Source: Hydrolagus colliei
Taxonomy: Eukaryota
Direction: 5' to 3'
DNA length: 64,000 nt
Assembly (NCBI GenBank): GCA_035084275.1
Contig: CM068752.1
Span: 2,046,001 to 2,110,000 of the forward strand
Part shown: positions 62,373-64,000 of the stretch, one piece after another
Layout: the number at the start of each line of letters is the position of its first letter
Position numbering within the stretch: position 1 is the stretch's first letter
Position numbers and translations under genes: made by a program
Notes under the pieces: generated by a model
The model's database searches: none
Told to the model about the DNA's origin: nothing
Seen by the model: the letters and a program-made list of their open reading frames with translations, nothing else

Positions 62373-62760
62373 GGAGTCCTGTAGTTCAGTGGCGAGAGCG
62401 CTCGCCTCGTAAACGAGAGACCCGGGTTCAATTCCCAGCAGGGTGCAGTGTTGGCAAAGTTTCCTTACTCCAACGTGCCTCTGTTTGCCTCGCAGTAAGT
62501 AAGAATCCAGTTGTTAGTTGATTTGCGGATCGCCTTTCTGAGGATTATAATTCCTTCATTAAAAGTAATAATAATAAATTGGTTAATCAGTCCCCGCCTG
62601 TTTGTGGGGACACTGCTGTGCGCAATTGGCCTCAACTCCCTCGATTCGCCCACAAAATATACAGTTGATTCACTGTACAATATATCCTGTGAAGCTTTGG
62701 GTCGCAACAAAGCGGTAAGGCACTATATCAAATGGGAGGATTATTATTAATATTATTACT
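62373..62760 (+). mobile_element. Full-length SINE, long subfamily with CORE-like segment
   Basis: tRNA head, TGCCTCTGTTTGCCTCGCAGTAAGTAAG segment, body and tail. Confidence 0.9.
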
Positions 62761-63419
62761 GTTTTTTGTGTTTAGATCCAGTAAATCTTGTGATAAACAA
62801 GATAATAAAGAAGACTTGTAAAATATGGAATTTACAATGACTGCAGTAAATGCGGAATTAAGCTGAAGGATAATATAAAACCACTTGAAGTCTCAGGAGC
62901 TAGGTTTTATTGCAAGGGATCTGACCAGGTCATAAAACTAGGCTTCCGATGATAAAGTATTTTTGCTCCTCAGTCAGAAATCCCAGGTACCATATAACAT
63001 TTTGATTTCTGTTCCTTCAGGGATCCTTGCTGTCTGCTATGTTTTTTATACTCCCACTTGAAATGCTATTTCCTCTCTGTAGAATGTACTTTTTTTTATT
63101 CAGTTTTGCTTAAACAGCATTAGTTTACATCTAGGGGTTCACAAGAAGTTGGCCTGCTTCTCTGCCGTGTGTCAATTCTTTTCTCTGAGGCACGGATCCG
63201 CTTTCACAACAGATTTTTTTAGACCGTTTTAATATCCCCCTGAAGTGATTGTCACTGGCAGTTTTTGTCACCCTGAAGTTATTGTCCCTCTCACTGGGCT
63301 TGAATGATATTCTAGGTCTGAAATTGGTCTAATGTTGTGTTTACGGTGCGAGGCAAAATGCCCCGTATCACCTCCTCCAGCTTTCATAGGTACAGCGCTC
63401 TGATGTGACGCATACCTGA

Positions 63420-63725
63420 ACAATCCTTGCATTTGATATGGCGCTTTTCACATCTTATCGACGTCTCAAAAGCGCCTCACGCAATGTCCTGTAAAGGGAA
63501 TGACCGCATTTCGCCCACAACTATACAGTTGATTCACATGATAAATCGGTCATTTCAATCCGCGGCTGATTGTGGGTGACGGCTGTGCGCAATTGGCTGC
63601 CGCGTTTCGCCCACAACCATACAGTCAAGTCACTTTACAGTATGTTCTGTGAAGCGCTTTGAGACATCTAGAAGGCATCTAGAAGACATGAAAAGTTCTA
63701 TATTAAATGCAAGGATTATTATAAT
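63420..63725. mobile_element. Composite: minus-strand SINE tail joined to plus-strand SINE pieces
   Basis: Reverse tail 63420-63505, short plus piece, then plus 3' half with duplicated CATCTAGAAG. Confidence 0.82.
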
Positions 63726-64000
63726 ATTTTTTATCTGCTACACTATCAGCTACACCCTAGAAAAGAACTAGGTATATGTGTCTATAGTTTAGGTTCACTT
63801 ACTAACAAGGTGGAAAGAATTTTCTGGCAGGTCTATCATCATGAGATGTTTCCCTGCAGAATTGCACCATAAATAACATTACTCTATGTTATTGTTAGGA
63901 AGGTGATATTGATGGAGGTTCCATAATAACTCCCATTATTGATTTATTTTGTCGAGAGATGACAGTGAACAATTCCTTTGTTCTGACGCTCATCGAGTTT

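Noticed and set aside
61698-62384. 228-aa ORF
   Set aside because: Runs across L2 fragments and a SINE tail (YSQFSLQYIL, CKDY are SINE frames); chance read-through.
1-64000. CRISPR array, operon or other prokaryotic/phage system
   Set aside because: No regularly spaced short repeats and no gene-dense coding; recurring peptides in the ORF track (ETCPRF, IQSIHFTVYSVKRFE, CKDYYY) are all translations of the SINE.

Overview
This is vertebrate non-coding DNA (a long intron or gene desert), not a prokaryotic or viral locus. The repeat complement points to a cartilaginous fish, probably a holocephalan such as Callorhinchus; that assignment is inferred from recalled repeat families and was not checked. 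The window is dominated by one ~330-bp tRNA-derived SINE with an L2-type 3' tail (roughly 40-50 copies and fragments by eye). It also holds 5'-truncated L2 and CR1 LINE fragments (often nested), a few older DeuSINE-like relics and microsatellites. No intact protein-coding gene is visible: the longer ORFs are LINE ORF2 remnants or chance SINE frames. The only gene-like signal is a candidate 27-nt micro-exon at 26938-26964. The most interesting observations are a SINE subfamily series with loss of a CORE-like segment, a covarying 3' hairpin shared by the SINE and two L2 families, recurrent antiparallel SINE junctions, a fold-back palindrome, an unnamed ~60-bp repeat and several repeat-free candidate enhancer blocks. 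I found no convincing evidence of a new multi-gene system. Repeat boundaries are by eye, about +/-10-20 bp.
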